Assembly (NCBI RefSeq): GCF_030013205.1
Contig: NZ_CP122648.1
From: Escherichia coli
Lineage (GTDB): Bacteria > Pseudomonadota > Gammaproteobacteria > Enterobacterales > Enterobacteriaceae
Direction: 5' to 3' (one strand)
DNA: 64,000 nt
A program made the translations under genes and the position numbers. The notes below the pieces were generated by a model. It ran no database searches. It saw nothing but the letters and a program-made list of their open reading frames with translations, and was not told where the DNA came from. Below, piece by piece: positions 24,292-36,408 of the stretch. The stretch's first letter is position 1, and each line of letters opens with the position of its first letter.

Positions 24292-25326
24292 ATGGCTTAC
24301 TCTGTTCAAAAGTCGCGCCTGGCAAAGGTTGCGGGTGTTTCGCTTGTTTTATTACTCGCTGCCTGTAGTTCTGACTCACGCTATAAGCGTCAGGTCAGTG
24401 GTGATGAAGCCTACCTGGAAGCGGCACCGCTTGCGGAGCTTCATGCCCCGGCTGGAATGATTTTGCCGGTGACCTCCGGTGATTATGCAATCCCGGTGAC
24501 CAACGGTAGTGGTGCTGTCGGTAAGGCGCTGGACATTCGTCCACCAGCCCAGCCGCTGGCACTGGTTTCTGGCGCGCGTACCCAGTTCACGGGCGATACC
24601 GCTTCATTGCTGGTGGAAAATGGTCGTGGCAATACTCTGTGGCCGCAGGTGGTTAGCGTGCTGCAGGCGAAAAACTACACCATCACCCAACGTGATGATG
24701 CTGGTCAGACACTGACCACCGATTGGGTACAATGGAACCGTCTGGACGAAGACGAGCAGTATCGTGGTCGTTATCAAATCTCTGTTAAGCCGCAGGGTTA
24801 TCAGCAGGCGGTTACGGTTAAACTGCTGAACCTGGAACAGGCGGGCAAACCGGTTGCAGACGCGGCTTCCATGCAGCGTTACAGCACGGAGATGATGAAC
24901 GTTATTTCCGCCGGTCTGGATAAATCTGCCACTGACGCCGCGAACGCTGCGCAAAATCGTGCCTCCACCACTATGGACGTACAAAGTGCAGCTGATGACA
25001 CCGGTTTACCGATGCTGGTCGTACGCGGGCCGTTCAATGTGGTTTGGCAACGTCTGCCAGCGGCGCTGGAAAAAGTGGGCATGAAAGTGACCGACAGCAC
25101 CCGTTCGCAGGGCAACATGGCCGTAACTTACAAGCCGCTGTCTGACAGCGACTGGCAGGAACTGGGCGCGAGCGATCCAGGCCTGGCATCCGGTGACTAT
25201 AAACTGCAGGTTGGCGATTTAGATAACCGCAGCAGCCTACAGTTCATCGATCCGAAAGGTCATACTCTGACTCAGAGTCAGAACGACGCGCTGGTAGCTG
25301 TCTTCCAGGCTGCGTTTAGCAAGTAA
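24292..25326 (+). CDS. bamC: outer membrane protein assembly factor BamC (lipoprotein NlpB)
   Basis: 344 aa, lipobox LLAACSS. Confidence 0.93.
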
Positions 25327-25333
25327 AAATACA

Positions 25334-25360
25334 GGGCTGGAGTCATCCGGCCCTTTTTTT
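25334..25360 (+). terminator. rho-independent terminator after bamC
   Basis: Hairpin gggctgg-agtcat-ccggccc followed by T7. Confidence 0.65.
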
Positions 25361-25361
25361 G

Positions 25362-26070
25362 TGCACAGAAAACCCCCAGCTAGGCTGGGGGTTCCGGAAA
25401 GCTTTCAGCTTTGAGCCAGTTATTAAAACCCCTTTTGATTTGTTAAAACACCTTGCGGTCTGGCAACTGCAAGTGTCAAACAAGAAATCAAAAGGGGGTC
25501 CCAATGGGGAACGAAAAGAGCTTAGCGCACACCCGATGGAACTGTAAATATCACATAGTTTTTGCGCCAAAATACCGAAGACAGGTGTTCTACAGAGAGA
25601 AGCGTAGAGCAATAGGCAGTATTTTGAGAAAGCTGTGTGAGTGGAAAAGCGTACGGATTCTGGAAGCTGAATGCTGTGCAGATCATATCCATATGCTTGT
25701 GGAGATCCCGCCCAAAATGAGCGTATCCGGGTTTATGGGATATCTGAAAGGGAAAAGCAGTCTGATGCTTTACGAGCAGTTTGGTGATTTGAAATTCAAA
25801 TACAGGAACAGGGAGTTCTGGTGCAGAGGGTACTACGTCGATACAGTGGGTAAGAACACGGCGAAGATACAGGATTACATAAAGCACCAGCTTGAAGAGG
25901 ATAAAATGGGAGAGCAGTTATCGATTCCCTATCCGGGCAGCCCGTTTACGGGCCGTAAGTAACGAAGTTGGATGCAAATGTCAGATCGTGTGCGCCTGTT
26001 AGGGCGCGGCTGGTAAGAGAGCCTTATAGGCGCATTTGAAAAACCTCCGGCTATGCCGGAGGATATTTAT
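25362..26070 (+). mobile_element. IS200-family (IS200/IS605) insertion sequence, ~0.7 kb; boundaries approximate
   Basis: Perfect palindrome cccccagc-tag-gctggggg at 25373..25391, RBS-occluding pairing ccccttttgatt(25429..25440)/aatcaaaagggg(25486..25497), 152-aa Y1/HuH transposase, subterminal hairpin cctccggc-tat-gccggagg at 26044..26062. Confidence 0.8.
25504..25962 (+). CDS. tnpA: IS200 transposase TnpA (HuH Y1 family)
   Basis: 152 aa MGNEKSLAHTRWNCKYHIVFAPKYRR...HIHMLVEIPP (HuH motif)...catalytic Y region; ORF-track upstream extension discarded. Confidence 0.9.
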   Translation: MGNEKSLAHTRWNCKYHIVFAPKYRRQVFYREKRRAIGSILRKLCEWKSVRILEAECCADHIHMLVEIPPKMSVSGFMGYLKGKSSLMLYEQFGDLKFKYRNREFWCRGYYVDTVGKNTAKIQDYIKHQLEEDKMGEQLSIPYPGSPFTGRK

Positions 26071-26091
26071 TCTGATATGATACGCAAACGT

Positions 26092-26107
26092 GTGCGTCGG
26101 CAGAAAA
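26092..26107. promoter_or_regulatory. PurR operator (pur box) of purC
   Basis: ACGCAAACGTGTGCGT, near-perfect pur box, ~145 nt upstream of purC ATG. Confidence 0.7.
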
Positions 26108-26143
26108 ATGCGATTTTAGCGGTAATTCGCACAAAATTTGTTT

Positions 26144-26198
<55 letters not shown>

Positions 26199-26250
26199 AC
26201 CAGACAGCAAAAGATTTTAAAACGTTAATTCACACCCAGGAGTGATAAAG

Positions 26251-26964
26251 ATGCAAAAGCAAGCTGAGTTGTATCGTGGTAAAGCGAAAACCGTATACAG
26301 CACGGAAAACCCGGACCTGTTGGTGCTCGAATTCCGCAATGATACGTCAGCAGGGGATGGCGCGCGCATTGAGCAGTTTGATCGCAAAGGTATGGTGAAC
26401 AACAAGTTCAACTACTCCATTATGAGCAAACTGGCTGAAGCGGGTATCCCGACTCAAATGGAGCGTCTGCTCTCCGATACCGAATGTCTGGTGAAAAAGC
26501 TGGATATGGTGCCGGTTGAGTGTGTCGTGCGTAACCGTGCTGCTGGATCTCTGGTGAAACGTCTTGGAATCGAAGAAGGTATTGAGCTGAACCCACCGCT
26601 GTTCGATCTGTTCCTGAAAAACGACGCCATGCACGATCCGATGGTCAACGAATCTTACTGCGAAACCTTTGGCTGGGTGAGCAAAGAGAACCTGGCGCGT
26701 ATGAAAGAGCTGACCTACAAAGCGAACGACGTGCTGAAAAAACTGTTCGATGATGCTGGTCTGATTTTGGTCGACTTTAAACTGGAGTTTGGCCTGTACA
26801 AAGGTGAAGTGGTACTGGGCGATGAGTTCTCCCCGGACGGCAGCCGCCTGTGGGACAAAGAAACGCTGGAGAAAATGGACAAAGACCGTTTCCGCCAGAG
26901 CCTCGGTGGCCTGATCGAGGCCTATGAAGCCGTCGCCCGCCGCCTGGGTGTACAGCTGGACTGA
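26251..26964 (+). CDS. purC: phosphoribosylaminoimidazole-succinocarboxamide synthase (SAICAR synthetase)
   Basis: 237 aa starting [28 protein letters not shown]. Confidence 0.95.
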   Translation: MQKQAELYRGKAKTVYSTENPDLLVLEFRNDTSAGDGARIEQFDRKGMVNNKFNYSIMSKLAEAGIPTQMERLLSDTECLVKKLDMVPVECVVRNRAAGSLVKRLGIEEGIELNPPLFDLFLKNDAMHDPMVNESYCETFGWVSKENLARMKELTYKANDVLKKLFDDAGLILVDFKLEFGLYKGEVVLGDEFSPDGSRLWDKETLEKMDKDRFRQSLGGLIEAYEAVARRLGVQLD

Positions 26965-27131
26965 TTTTTCTGCTCATCATCTTGCCGTGCAGCTGGCACG
27001 GCAAGACAACCGCTCTCGGAAGATGTGCATTGAACGCTCATTCCTCCGCCATTTCATCCCGCTTTCCTGTGGTAATCTTCCTCTGAACCACCTACGATCA
27101 TTTCTATAATGAATATATTGTTGAGGTATCT

Positions 27132-27995
27132 ATGCGTTGGCAAGGGCGACGTGAAAGTGACAATGTTGAAGACAGGCGCAACAGCTCTGGTGGTCCGTCA
27201 ATGGGCGGTCCAGGTTTTCGCCTGCCAAGCGGTAAAGGCGGGCTGATTTTACTGATAGTCGTGCTGGTTGCAGGTTACTATGGCGTTGATTTAACCGGGT
27301 TGATGACCGGACAGCCGGTTTCCCAACAGCAATCAACACGGTCAATTAGTCCTAATGAAGACGAAGCCGCAAAATTCACTTCGGTGATTCTGGCAACCAC
27401 GGAAGACACCTGGGGACAGCAATTCGAGAAGATGGGTAAAACCTATCAGCAACCGAAGCTGGTCATGTACCGTGGAATGACGCGCACCGGCTGCGGGGCG
27501 GGCCAGTCCATTATGGGACCGTTCTATTGCCCGGCGGATGGCACGGTTTATATCGATCTCTCCTTCTATGATGACATGAAAGACAAACTTGGCGCGGATG
27601 GCGATTTTGCCCAGGGGTACGTTATCGCCCATGAAGTCGGTCATCATGTGCAGAAACTGTTAGGCATCGAGCCGAAAGTTCGTCAACTGCAACAAAACGC
27701 GACGCAGGCGGAAGTGAACCGCTTATCTGTGCGTATGGAACTCCAGGCCGACTGTTTTGCTGGTGTCTGGGGGCATAGTATGCAGCAGCAAGGCGTTCTG
27801 GAAACCGGCGATCTGGAAGAGGCGCTGAACGCGGCGCAGGCCATCGGCGATGACCGTTTACAACAGCAAAGTCAGGGGCGAGTAGTACCAGACAGTTTCA
27901 CTCATGGCACTTCTCAGCAACGCTACAGCTGGTTTAAACGTGGTTTCGACAGCGGCGATCCGGCACAATGCAATACTTTTGGTAAAAGCATTTAA
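27132..27995 (+). CDS. ypfJ: putative neutral zinc metallopeptidase-like protein (uncharacterised)
   Basis: 287 aa, N-terminal TM segment, HEVGHH zinc motif. Confidence 0.85.
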
Positions 27996-28009
27996 CTTCC
28001 GGGGCAGGG

Positions 28010-30025
28010 ATGGCTGAACTAACTGCGCTTCACACATTAACAGCGCAAATGAAACGTGAAGGGATCCGCCGCTTGCTGGTGTTGAGCGGGGAAGAGGGTT
28101 GGTGTTTTGATCATGCGCTTAAGTTGCGTGATGCCTTACCTGGCGACTGGCTGTGGATTTCGCCGCAGCCAGATGCTGAAAACCACTGTTCACCCTCGGC
28201 GCTACAAACTTTACTTGGGCGCGAGTTCCGGCATGCGGTATTCGACGCCCGCCACGGCTTTGATGCCGCTGCCTTTGCGGCACTTAGCGGAACGTTGAAA
28301 GCGGGAAGTTGGCTGGTTTTGTTACTCCCTGTATGGGAAGAGTGGGAAAACCAACCTGATGCCGACTCGCTGCGCTGGAGTGATTGCCCTGACCCTATTG
28401 CGACGCCGCATTTTGTCCAGCATCTCAAACGCGTACTTACGGCGGATAACGACGCTATTCTCTGGCGGCAAAACCAGCCGTTCTCGTTGGCGCATTTTAC
28501 TCCCCGTACTGACTGGCACCCCGCGACCGGCGCACCACAACCAGAACAACAGCAACTCTTACAGCAGCTACTGACCATGCCGCCGGGCGTGGCAGCGGTA
28601 ACTGCTGCGCGTGGGCGCGGTAAATCGGCGTTGGCAGGGCAACTCATTTCTCGTATTGCGGGCAGTGCGATTGTCACCGCGCCCGCAAAAGCGGCAACGG
28701 ATGTACTGGCACAATTTGCGGGCGAGAAGTTTCGCTTTATTGCGCCGGATGCCTTGTTAGCCAGCGATGAGCAAGCCGACTGGCTGGTGGTCGATGAAGC
28801 CGCAGCTATACCTGCGCCGTTGTTGCATCAACTGGTATCGCGTTTTCCTCGAACGTTGTTAACCACTACGGTGCAGGGCTACGAAGGCACCGGACGTGGT
28901 TTTTTGCTGAAATTTTGCGCTCGCTTTCCGCATTTACACCGTTTTGAACTACAACAGCCGATCCGCTGGGCGCAGGGATGCCCGCTGGAAAAAATGGTTA
29001 GTGAGGCACTGGTGTTTGACGATGAAAACTTCACCCATACACCACAAGGCAATATCGTCATTGCCGCATTTGAACAGACGTTATGGCGAAGTGAGCCAGA
29101 AACGCCGTTAAAGGTTTATCAGCTATTGTCTGGTGCGCACTACCGGACCTCGCCGCTGGATTTACGCCGCATGATGGATGCACCAGGGCAACATTTTTTA
29201 CAGGCGGCTGGCGACAACGAGATTGCCGGGGCGCTGTGGCTGGTGGATGAGGGGGGATTATCTCAACAACTCAGTCAGGCGGTATGGGCGGGTTTTCGTC
29301 GCCCGCGGGGTAATCTGGTGGCTCAGTCGCTGGCGGCGCACGGCAGCAATCCTCTGGCGGCGACATTGCGCGGACGGCGGGTCAGCCGGATAGCAGTTCA
29401 TCCGGCTCGTCAGCGGGAAGGCACAGGGCGGCAACTTATTGCTGGTGCTTTGCAATATACGCGTGACCTCGACTATCTTTCGGTGAGTTTTGGTTACACC
29501 GGGGAGTTATGGCGTTTCTGGCAACGCTGCGGTTTTGTGCTGGTGCGAATGGGTAATCATCGTGAAGCCAGCAGCGGTTGCTATACGGCGATGGCGTTGT
29601 TACCGATGAGTGATGCGGGTAAACAGCTGGCTGAACGTGAGCATTACCGTTTACGTCGCGATGCGCAAGCTCTCGCGCAGTGGAATGGCGAAACGCTCCC
29701 TGTTGATCCACTAAACGATGCCGTCCTTTCTGACGACGACTGGCTTGAACTGGCCGGTTTTGCTTTCGCTCATCGTCCGCTATTAACGTCGTTAGGTTGC
29801 TTAATGCGTCTGTTACAAACCAGCGAACTGGCATTACCGGCGCTGCGTGGGCGTTTACAGAAAAACGCCAGTGACGCGCAGTTATGTACCACACTTAAAC
29901 TTTCAGGCCGTAAGCTGTTACTGGTCCGTCAACGCGAAGAAGCCGCGCAGGCGCTGTTCGCACTTAATTATGTTCGCACTGAGCGTCTGCGCGATCGCAT
30001 AACGCAATGGCAATTTTTTCACTGA
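28010..30025 (+). CDS. tmcA: tRNA(Met) cytidine acetyltransferase
   Basis: 671 aa, Walker A ARGRGKSA, C-terminal GNAT-like region. Confidence 0.9.
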   Translation: MAELTALHTLTAQMKREGIRRLLVLSGEEGWCFDHALKLRDALPGDWLWISPQPDAENHCSPSALQTLLGREFRHAVFDARHGFDAAAFAALSGTLKAGSWLVLLLPVWEEWENQPDADSLRWSDCPDPIATPHFVQHLKRVLTADNDAILWRQNQPFSLAHFTPRTDWHPATGAPQPEQQQLLQQLLTMPPGVAAVTAARGRGKSALAGQLISRIAGSAIVTAPAKAATDVLAQFAGEKFRFIAPDALLASDEQADWLVVDEAAAIPAPLLHQLVSRFPRTLLTTTVQGYEGTGRGFLLKFCARFPHLHRFELQQPIRWAQGCPLEKMVSEALVFDDENFTHTPQGNIVIAAFEQTLWRSEPETPLKVYQLLSGAHYRTSPLDLRRMMDAPGQHFLQAAGDNEIAGALWLVDEGGLSQQLSQAVWAGFRRPRGNLVAQSLAAHGSNPLAATLRGRRVSRIAVHPARQREGTGRQLIAGALQYTRDLDYLSVSFGYTGELWRFWQRCGFVLVRMGNHREASSGCYTAMALLPMSDAGKQLAEREHYRLRRDAQALAQWNGETLPVDPLNDAVLSDDDWLELAGFAFAHRPLLTSLGCLMRLLQTSELALPALRGRLQKNASDAQLCTTLKLSGRKLLLVRQREEAAQALFALNYVRTERLRDRITQWQFFH

Positions 30026-30098
30026 CTCCTTCAATTTTCTCCCATGGTCATTGTGAGTCAGCGGCGTAAAATTAATGACATCAGTTAAGGAGTTCGCC

Positions 30099-30797
30099 AT
30101 GAAACATGACCATTTTGTTGTTCAAAGCCCGGATAAACCTGCGCAACAGTTGTTACTGCTTTTCCACGGTGTCGGGGATAACCCGGTGGCAATGGGGGAA
30201 ATAGGTAGCTGGTTTGCACCGCTGTTTCCTGATGCGCTGGTGGTGAGTGTCGGTGGCGTGGAGCCGAGCGGTAATCCGGCGGGGCGTCAGTGGTTTTCGG
30301 TGCAGGGTATTACGGAAGATAATCGCCAGGCACGTGTGGATGCCATCATGCCGACGTTTATTGAAACGGTGCGCTACTGGCAGAAACAGAGCGGAGTAGG
30401 GGCTAACGCCACGGCGCTAATCGGTTTCTCACAAGGCGCGATTATGGCGCTGGAGAGCATTAAAGCCGAACCGGGCCTTGCTTCGCGCGTCATTGCCTTC
30501 AACGGACGCTACGCGAGCCTGCCGGAAACCGCGTCTACAGCCACGACAATTCACCTGATTCATGGCGGTGAAGATCCTGTTATCGATCTGGCGCATGCGG
30601 TTGCGGCGCAGGAAGCGTTAATCAGTGCCGGTGGTGATGTGACGCTGGATATCGTGGAGGATTTAGGCCATGCGATCGACAATCGCAGTATGCAATTTGC
30701 CCTGGATCACTTGCGTTATACCATTCCGAAACATTATTTCGACGAAGCGCTAAGTGGCGGTAAGCCTGGCGATGATGATGTGATTGAAATGATGTAA
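30099..30797 (+). CDS. ypfH: esterase/phospholipase-carboxylesterase family protein
   Basis: 232 aa starting MKHDHFVVQSPDKPAQQ; GFSQGA (GxSxG) nucleophile elbow. Confidence 0.85.
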   Translation: MKHDHFVVQSPDKPAQQLLLLFHGVGDNPVAMGEIGSWFAPLFPDALVVSVGGVEPSGNPAGRQWFSVQGITEDNRQARVDAIMPTFIETVRYWQKQSGVGANATALIGFSQGAIMALESIKAEPGLASRVIAFNGRYASLPETASTATTIHLIHGGEDPVIDLAHAVAAQEALISAGGDVTLDIVEDLGHAIDNRSMQFALDHLRYTIPKHYFDEALSGGKPGDDDVIEMM

Positions 30798-30802
30798 TAA
30801 TA

Positions 30803-30872
30803 GCCGGGTAGGCCTGATAAGACCGTATCAGGCATCATGGCCGGATGCGGCGTTAACGCCTTATCCGGCCAC
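30803..30872. repeat. REP elements (inverted pair)
   Basis: gccgggtaggcctgataagaccgtatcaggc ... gccggatgcggcgttaacgccttatccggcc. Confidence 0.75.
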
Positions 30873-30877
30873 TCAGC

Positions 30878-31078
30878 TTACTTCTTCGGTTGATCCTTTT
30901 TCGGCCAGTCGTCGTCATCGTCCCACTTATCGTTGAAATCACGATGCGGGGGAAGCTCCGGCTTGTTGGCGAGAAATTTCTTATGGTCGACGCGCTTGAG
31001 ATCTTTAATCACGTTCAGCAGGACGCCTACCAAAAAGACAATCACCAGAATCCACCAATATTTAGCCAGCCAGTCCAT
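30878..31078 (-). CDS. ypfN: small membrane protein YpfN (UPF0370)
   Basis: 66 aa [25 protein letters not shown]...acidic/basic tail. Confidence 0.8.
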
Positions 31079-31105
31079 GCTTATTTCCTCTTGCAGAACC
31101 ACTCA

Positions 31106-32233
31106 TCAGGCGACGAGCTGTTCCATGATACGTTGATACATACGGGCAAGTAGCTGCAGGTCGGCAGCGTTCACACATTCATTAATTTTATGAATAGTGG
31201 CATTGACCGGCCCGAGTTCCACCACCTGCGCCCCCATGCGGGCAATAAAGCGCCCGTCGGACGTTCCGCCTGTGGTCAGTAGCTGCGGTTTAATTTCATT
31301 ATAGTGCTCAACCGCGTTAACGACCGCATCCACCAGTTTACCTCGCGCGGTCAAAAATGGCTGCCCGGAAAGCCACCAATCCACCGTATAGCGCAGTTGA
31401 TGTTTTTCAAGCAGGGCAAGTACCTGCGCTTTGATCATCTCATCAGTCAGTTCGGTACTGAAGCGGAAGTTAAACTGCACAAACAGTTCACCCGGAATAA
31501 CGTTGTTACTGCCCGTTCCCGCCTGAATATTGGCAATCTGCATACTGGTCGCCGGGAAGAATTCATTGCCCTGATCCCACTCAATAGCCACTAATTCATT
31601 AAGGAAAGGTGCTGCGCGATGTACCGGATTGTCAGCCAGATGTGGGTAGGCAACATGCCCCTGCACGCCATGAATGGTGAGGTTGCAGGTTAACGATCCG
31701 CGACGACCATTTTTCACCACATCACCAACCACTTCGATACTCGACGGTTCGCCGACCAGGCAGTAATCGAGACGCTCATTACGCGCCATTAACGCTTCGA
31801 CGACTTTTACCGTACCGTTGTGGGCACTGGCTTCTTCATCAGAGGTGATTAGAAATGCCAGTCGACCTGCATGGTTGGGATGTTGTGCGACAAAGCGTTC
31901 TGCCGCTACCACCATCGCTGCCAGCGAGCCTTTCATATCTGCCGCACCGCGCCCGAATAACATACCGTCACGAATGGTGGGTTCAAACGGCGGATTGATC
32001 CAACGATCGGCGTCGCCAGGCGGCACCACGTCGGTATGCCCGGCAAAGGCCAACGTTTCACCTTGCCCACGCCATGCCCAAAAATTCTGCGTATCGGCAA
32101 AATCCATGCGTTCAACGGTAAAACCGATCGCCTGCAAACGTTCAATCAACAAAGCCTGGCATCCTGCGTCATCAGGACTCAGGGAAGGGCGGCGAATAAG
32201 CTGTTGTGTCAGCTCAATAACCGGGCACGACAT
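31106..32233 (-). CDS. dapE: succinyl-diaminopimelate desuccinylase
   Basis: 375 aa M20 peptidase family, matches DapE. Confidence 0.95.
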   Translation of the reverse strand: MSCPVIELTQQLIRRPSLSPDDAGCQALLIERLQAIGFTVERMDFADTQNFWAWRGQGETLAFAGHTDVVPPGDADRWINPPFEPTIRDGMLFGRGAADMKGSLAAMVVAAERFVAQHPNHAGRLAFLITSDEEASAHNGTVKVVEALMARNERLDYCLVGEPSSIEVVGDVVKNGRRGSLTCNLTIHGVQGHVAYPHLADNPVHRAAPFLNELVAIEWDQGNEFFPATSMQIANIQAGTGSNNVIPGELFVQFNFRFSTELTDEMIKAQVLALLEKHQLRYTVDWWLSGQPFLTARGKLVDAVVNAVEHYNEIKPQLLTTGGTSDGRFIARMGAQVVELGPVNATIHKINECVNAADLQLLARMYQRIMEQLVA

Positions 32234-32236
32234 AGA

Positions 32237-32611
<375 letters not shown>

Positions 32612-32973
32612 TTATGAGAATAAATACTCATTTAAGAGTGAAAACATTTTGCCTGCAAATGATTATCAGGAAATATAACATTATCGAAGTATTCAAATTA
32701 ACAACTATTAAATAATATTAAACATTTTTAACGTAAACATTAAGAATATTCATCTTGTTATCTGTCTGTATTTTAACCAGAATTAAATCAGTATTAGATG
32801 CCGTATGAATATCTCGAAATGTTGCTGTGTATCACATACAAATCATCACCGCAGGACCATAGTATTTACATAAGGTTTGTCCCCCGGAGGTAGTCATCGC
32901 AGCAATCGAGTAAATTAGCTTCACCACGGTATATTGTTTCCGTAGAATACCCATAATTATAAGAGAGGTTGTT

Positions 32974-33033
32974 ATGATTGAACGTGAACTGGGGAACTGG
33001 AAAGACTTTATCGAAGTTATGCTTCGTAAGTAA
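32974..33033 (+). CDS. ypfM: small protein YpfM (19 aa)
   Basis: ATG ATT GAA CGT GAA CTG GGG AAC TGG AAA GAC TTT ATC GAA GTT ATG CTT CGT AAG TAA = MIERELGNWKDFIEVMLRK; strong RBS aagagagg 6 nt upstream. Confidence 0.7.
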   Translation: MIERELGNWKDFIEVMLRK

Positions 33034-33098
33034 TTCCTGAGACAAAGTACAAACAGCAAGAACCTGCTGAGCAGGTTCTTAATCGGAAAGTTGAAAAG

Positions 33099-33127
33099 GG
33101 CGACACATTGGCATGTCGCCTTTTTTA
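33099..33127. terminator. bidirectional rho-independent terminator (acrD and ypfM)
   Basis: Hairpin ggcgaca-cattggca-tgtcgcc flanked by A-run upstream and T-run downstream. Confidence 0.65.
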
Positions 33128-33131
33128 TTGC

Positions 33132-36100
33132 TTATTCCGGGCGCGGCTTCAGCGGGAAGCGGCGGCGCACTAGCACAAAGAACAGCGGCACGAAGTAAAT
33201 AGCCAGAATAGTGGCCGAAATCATCCCGCCCATTACGCCAGTACCCACCGCATGCTGACCACCGGAACCGGCACCCGTGCTGGTTGCCATTGGCAATACG
33301 CCGAAGATAAATGCCAGCGAGGTCATCAGAATCGGGCGTAAACGCTGACGGCAGGCGTGGAGCGTCGCTTCAAACAGGTCGTGGCCTTTTTGGTTCATCT
33401 CGTTAGCAAACTCGACGATCAGGATGGCGTTTTTCGCCGATAAACCAATGACCGTTAACAGGCCCACCTGGAAGTAAACGTCGTTTTCCAGCCCGCGCAT
33501 CCAGGTTGCCAGCAGCGCGCCGATAACCCCCAGCGGCACGACCAGCATTACCGAGAACGGCACCGACCAGCTTTCATACAACGCAGCCAGACACAGGAAT
33601 ACCACCAGCAAGGAAATGGCGTACAGCGCCGGAGCCTGCGCGCCGGAAAGTCGCTCCTGATACGACATCGCCGTCCACTCCAGACCAAAGCCGTTTGGCA
33701 ACTGCTTCACTAACGATTCCATAATATCCATCGCCGTACCGGTACTGACCCCCGGTGCGGCTTCCCCAACAATCTCAACCGCAGAATAACCGTTATAGCG
33801 TTCCAGACGCGGCGAGCCTGTTTCCCAGCGTGAGGTCGCGAAAGCAGAGAAGGGCACCATGCCGCCATCTTTATTTCGGACATACCAGAGATTGATGTCA
33901 TCTGGCAGCATGCGATATAGCGCAGCTGCCTGCACATAGACTTTCTTCACGCGACCGCGATCCATAAAGTCATTCACATAGCTCGAACCCCAGGCGGTTT
34001 GCAGTGTGTCGTTAATATCGTCGATAGCAACGCCCAGCGCCTGAGCTTTACGCTGGTCGATATCAATCTGCAACTGCGGACTGTCGTCGAGGCCGTTATG
34101 GCGCACACGGGTTAGCTCCGGGTTTTCCGCCGCCAGCGCCAGCAACTGGTTACGTGCTGCCATCAGCGCATCGTGACCCGCTCCAGCGTGGTCCTGCAAC
34201 TCCATATCAAAACCCGCAGAACTACCAAGACCGCTAATTGCTGGCGGGCTGCTGGCGATAACGCGAGCTTCTTTAATCTTGTTAAACGCCTTCGTTGCAC
34301 GCTCGATAATGGCAAACGAGGTGCCGGTCTTACTGTCGCGTTCGCTCCAGTCTTTCAGGCGGATAAACATTCTCGCCACGTTTTGCCCGTTACCCCCAGG
34401 GCCAGAACCAACGGTGGCAAACACCGACATGATGTTGTCTTTTTCATGGGTGAAGTAGTATTTCTCGATTTGCTCAACGACTTTCAGGGTCTGTTGTTGG
34501 GTTGAACCGCTGGGCAACTGTACCGAGGTAGTAAACATGCCCCGGTCTTCCAGTGGCAAGAACGACGTCGGCAAACGCAGGAACAGGAACACCATGCCGC
34601 CAAGCAGCAGGACATAAATCACAATCCAGCGCAGGCTACGGTGGAGAATTTTCGCCACCCCTTTTTCGTAGCGTTCGGCGTTGCGGTTAAACATCTGGTT
34701 AAACCAGGCAAAAAAGCCTTTTTGCCCGTGATGCTCACCCTTTTTCAGTGGCTTAAGTAGCGTGGCACACAGAGCCGGAGTGAGGATCATCGCTACCAGT
34801 ACTGACAGCACCATCGCCGCAACAATGGTAATAGAGAACTGGCGATAGATGGCACCGGTGGTGCCGCCGAAGAAGGCCATTGGTACAAATACCGCCGAAA
34901 GCACCATCGCAATCCCGACCAGTGCCCCCTGGATCTGCCCCATCGATTTACGTGTGGCTTCGCGAGGAGTGAGTCCTTCCTCACTCATAATACGTTCGAC
35001 GTTTTCCACCACCACGATGGCGTCATCCACCAGCAGACCGATCGCCAGCACCATTGCGAACATGGTTAAGGTGTTGACGCTGTAACCGAAGGCGTAAAGT
35101 ACGGAGAAGGTTCCCATCAACACCACCGGCACGGCGATAGTGGGTATCAGCGTGGCGCGGAAGTTTTGCAGGAACAGATACATAACGAGGAAAACCAGAG
35201 CGATAGCTTCCAGCAGCGTTTTCACCACGTCTTCAATGGAGGCTTTAACAAACGAGGTGGTTTCATACGCCACCTTGTATTCCAGTCCGTGCGGGAAATA
35301 CTGCGCCAGCTCGTCGAGACGATTGAGCACCAGCTCCGCTGTCGCCATTTCGTTCGCGCCGGAGGCCAGTTTTACCCCCAACCCGGAGGCTGGCTTACCA
35401 TTGAAGCGGCTAAGATAATCGTATTTCTCCGCCCCCATTTCGACGGTGGCGACATCGCCCAGCCTTACCTCTGAGCCGTCCTGATTCACCCGCAAGGTGA
35501 TATCGCGGAACTGTTCTGGTGTTTGCAGCAGTGACTGGGCGTTAATGGTGGCGTTGAGCGCCTGCTTATCGACGGAAGGCGTACCACCAAGTTGCCCAAC
35601 CGCAATCTGCGCGTTCTGTGACTCAATGGCATCAGTGACATCTTTAGCCGTCATCTGGAAACTGTTGAGTTTCGCCGGGTCCAGCCAGATACGCATGGAA
35701 TATTGCGAACCATAGGCATCGATATCCCCGACGCCATTCACGCGGCTTAACGGGTCCTGAATATTACTGGCAACATAATCGGCAATATCCTGTTTATCCA
35801 TCGAACCATCGGTAGAGACGAAGGCAATGGTCAGAATATTGGTATCGCCGGTTTTACGCACCGTCACGCCCTGATTTTGCACCGCCTGCGGTAACTTTCG
35901 CATGGCTGATTGCAGCTGGTTTTGTACTTGCTGCACGGCTTCGTCCGGATCGGTGCCTGCTTTAAAACTTAAAGTGACAGATGCCTGGCCGGTGCCACTG
36001 CTCTGAGACGACATATACATGAGATTATCGAGGCCGGTCATATTTTGCTCGATAACCTGGGTCACGGTGTTTTCCAGCGTCTGGGCCGATGCGCCGGGAT

Positions 36101-36245
36101 AGTTAGCGGTCACTCGCACATTCGGTGGCGCGAGATCGGGGTATTGTTCAACGGGCAATGAGAAAATCGCCAGGGTCCCTGTCAGACACAACAGGATTGC
36201 CAGCACCCAGGCAAAAATGGGGCGATCAATAAAGAAATTCGCCAT
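33132..36245 (-). CDS. acrD: RND multidrug efflux pump, aminoglycoside exporter
   Basis: 1037 aa, RND family, matches AcrD. Confidence 0.93.
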   Translation of the reverse strand: MANFFIDRPIFAWVLAILLCLTGTLAIFSLPVEQYPDLAPPNVRVTANYPGASAQTLENTVTQVIEQNMTGLDNLMYMSSQSSGTGQASVTLSFKAGTDPDEAVQQVQNQLQSAMRKLPQAVQNQGVTVRKTGDTNILTIAFVSTDGSMDKQDIADYVASNIQDPLSRVNGVGDIDAYGSQYSMRIWLDPAKLNSFQMTAKDVTDAIESQNAQIAVGQLGGTPSVDKQALNATINAQSLLQTPEQFRDITLRVNQDGSEVRLGDVATVEMGAEKYDYLSRFNGKPASGLGVKLASGANEMATAELVLNRLDELAQYFPHGLEYKVAYETTSFVKASIEDVVKTLLEAIALVFLVMYLFLQNFRATLIPTIAVPVVLMGTFSVLYAFGYSVNTLTMFAMVLAIGLLVDDAIVVVENVERIMSEEGLTPREATRKSMGQIQGALVGIAMVLSAVFVPMAFFGGTTGAIYRQFSITIVAAMVLSVLVAMILTPALCATLLKPLKKGEHHGQKGFFAWFNQMFNRNAERYEKGVAKILHRSLRWIVIYVLLLGGMVFLFLRLPTSFLPLEDRGMFTTSVQLPSGSTQQQTLKVVEQIEKYYFTHEKDNIMSVFATVGSGPGGNGQNVARMFIRLKDWSERDSKTGTSFAIIERATKAFNKIKEARVIASSPPAISGLGSSAGFDMELQDHAGAGHDALMAARNQLLALAAENPELTRVRHNGLDDSPQLQIDIDQRKAQALGVAIDDINDTLQTAWGSSYVNDFMDRGRVKKVYVQAAALYRMLPDDINLWYVRNKDGGMVPFSAFATSRWETGSPRLERYNGYSAVEIVGEAAPGVSTGTAMDIMESLVKQLPNGFGLEWTAMSYQERLSGAQAPALYAISLLVVFLCLAALYESWSVPFSVMLVVPLGVIGALLATWMRGLENDVYFQVGLLTVIGLSAKNAILIVEFANEMNQKGHDLFEATLHACRQRLRPILMTSLAFIFGVLPMATSTGAGSGGQHAVGTGVMGGMISATILAIYFVPLFFVLVRRRFPLKPRPE

Positions 36246-36315
36246 TAAAAGAGGACCTCGTGTTTCTGCGTATCGTTGTAGGCTTGACTTGCTTCACTGT
36301 AGCGGCAAGGTACGA

Positions 36316-36335
36316 GCCAATCGTGGAGAAAAAAA
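36316..36335 (-). promoter_or_regulatory. BaeR-box-like sequence in acrD promoter
   Basis: Minus strand TTTTTTTCTCCACGATTGGC resembles the reported BaeR box TTTTTCTCCATDATTGGC. Confidence 0.5.
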
Positions 36336-36408
36336 GGAGTTAATGTAAATTATCATGCCCTTTTATACTGAACTTTAAGGGCCAGTATTCTTTGGTCAGT
36401 CGGAGGCA

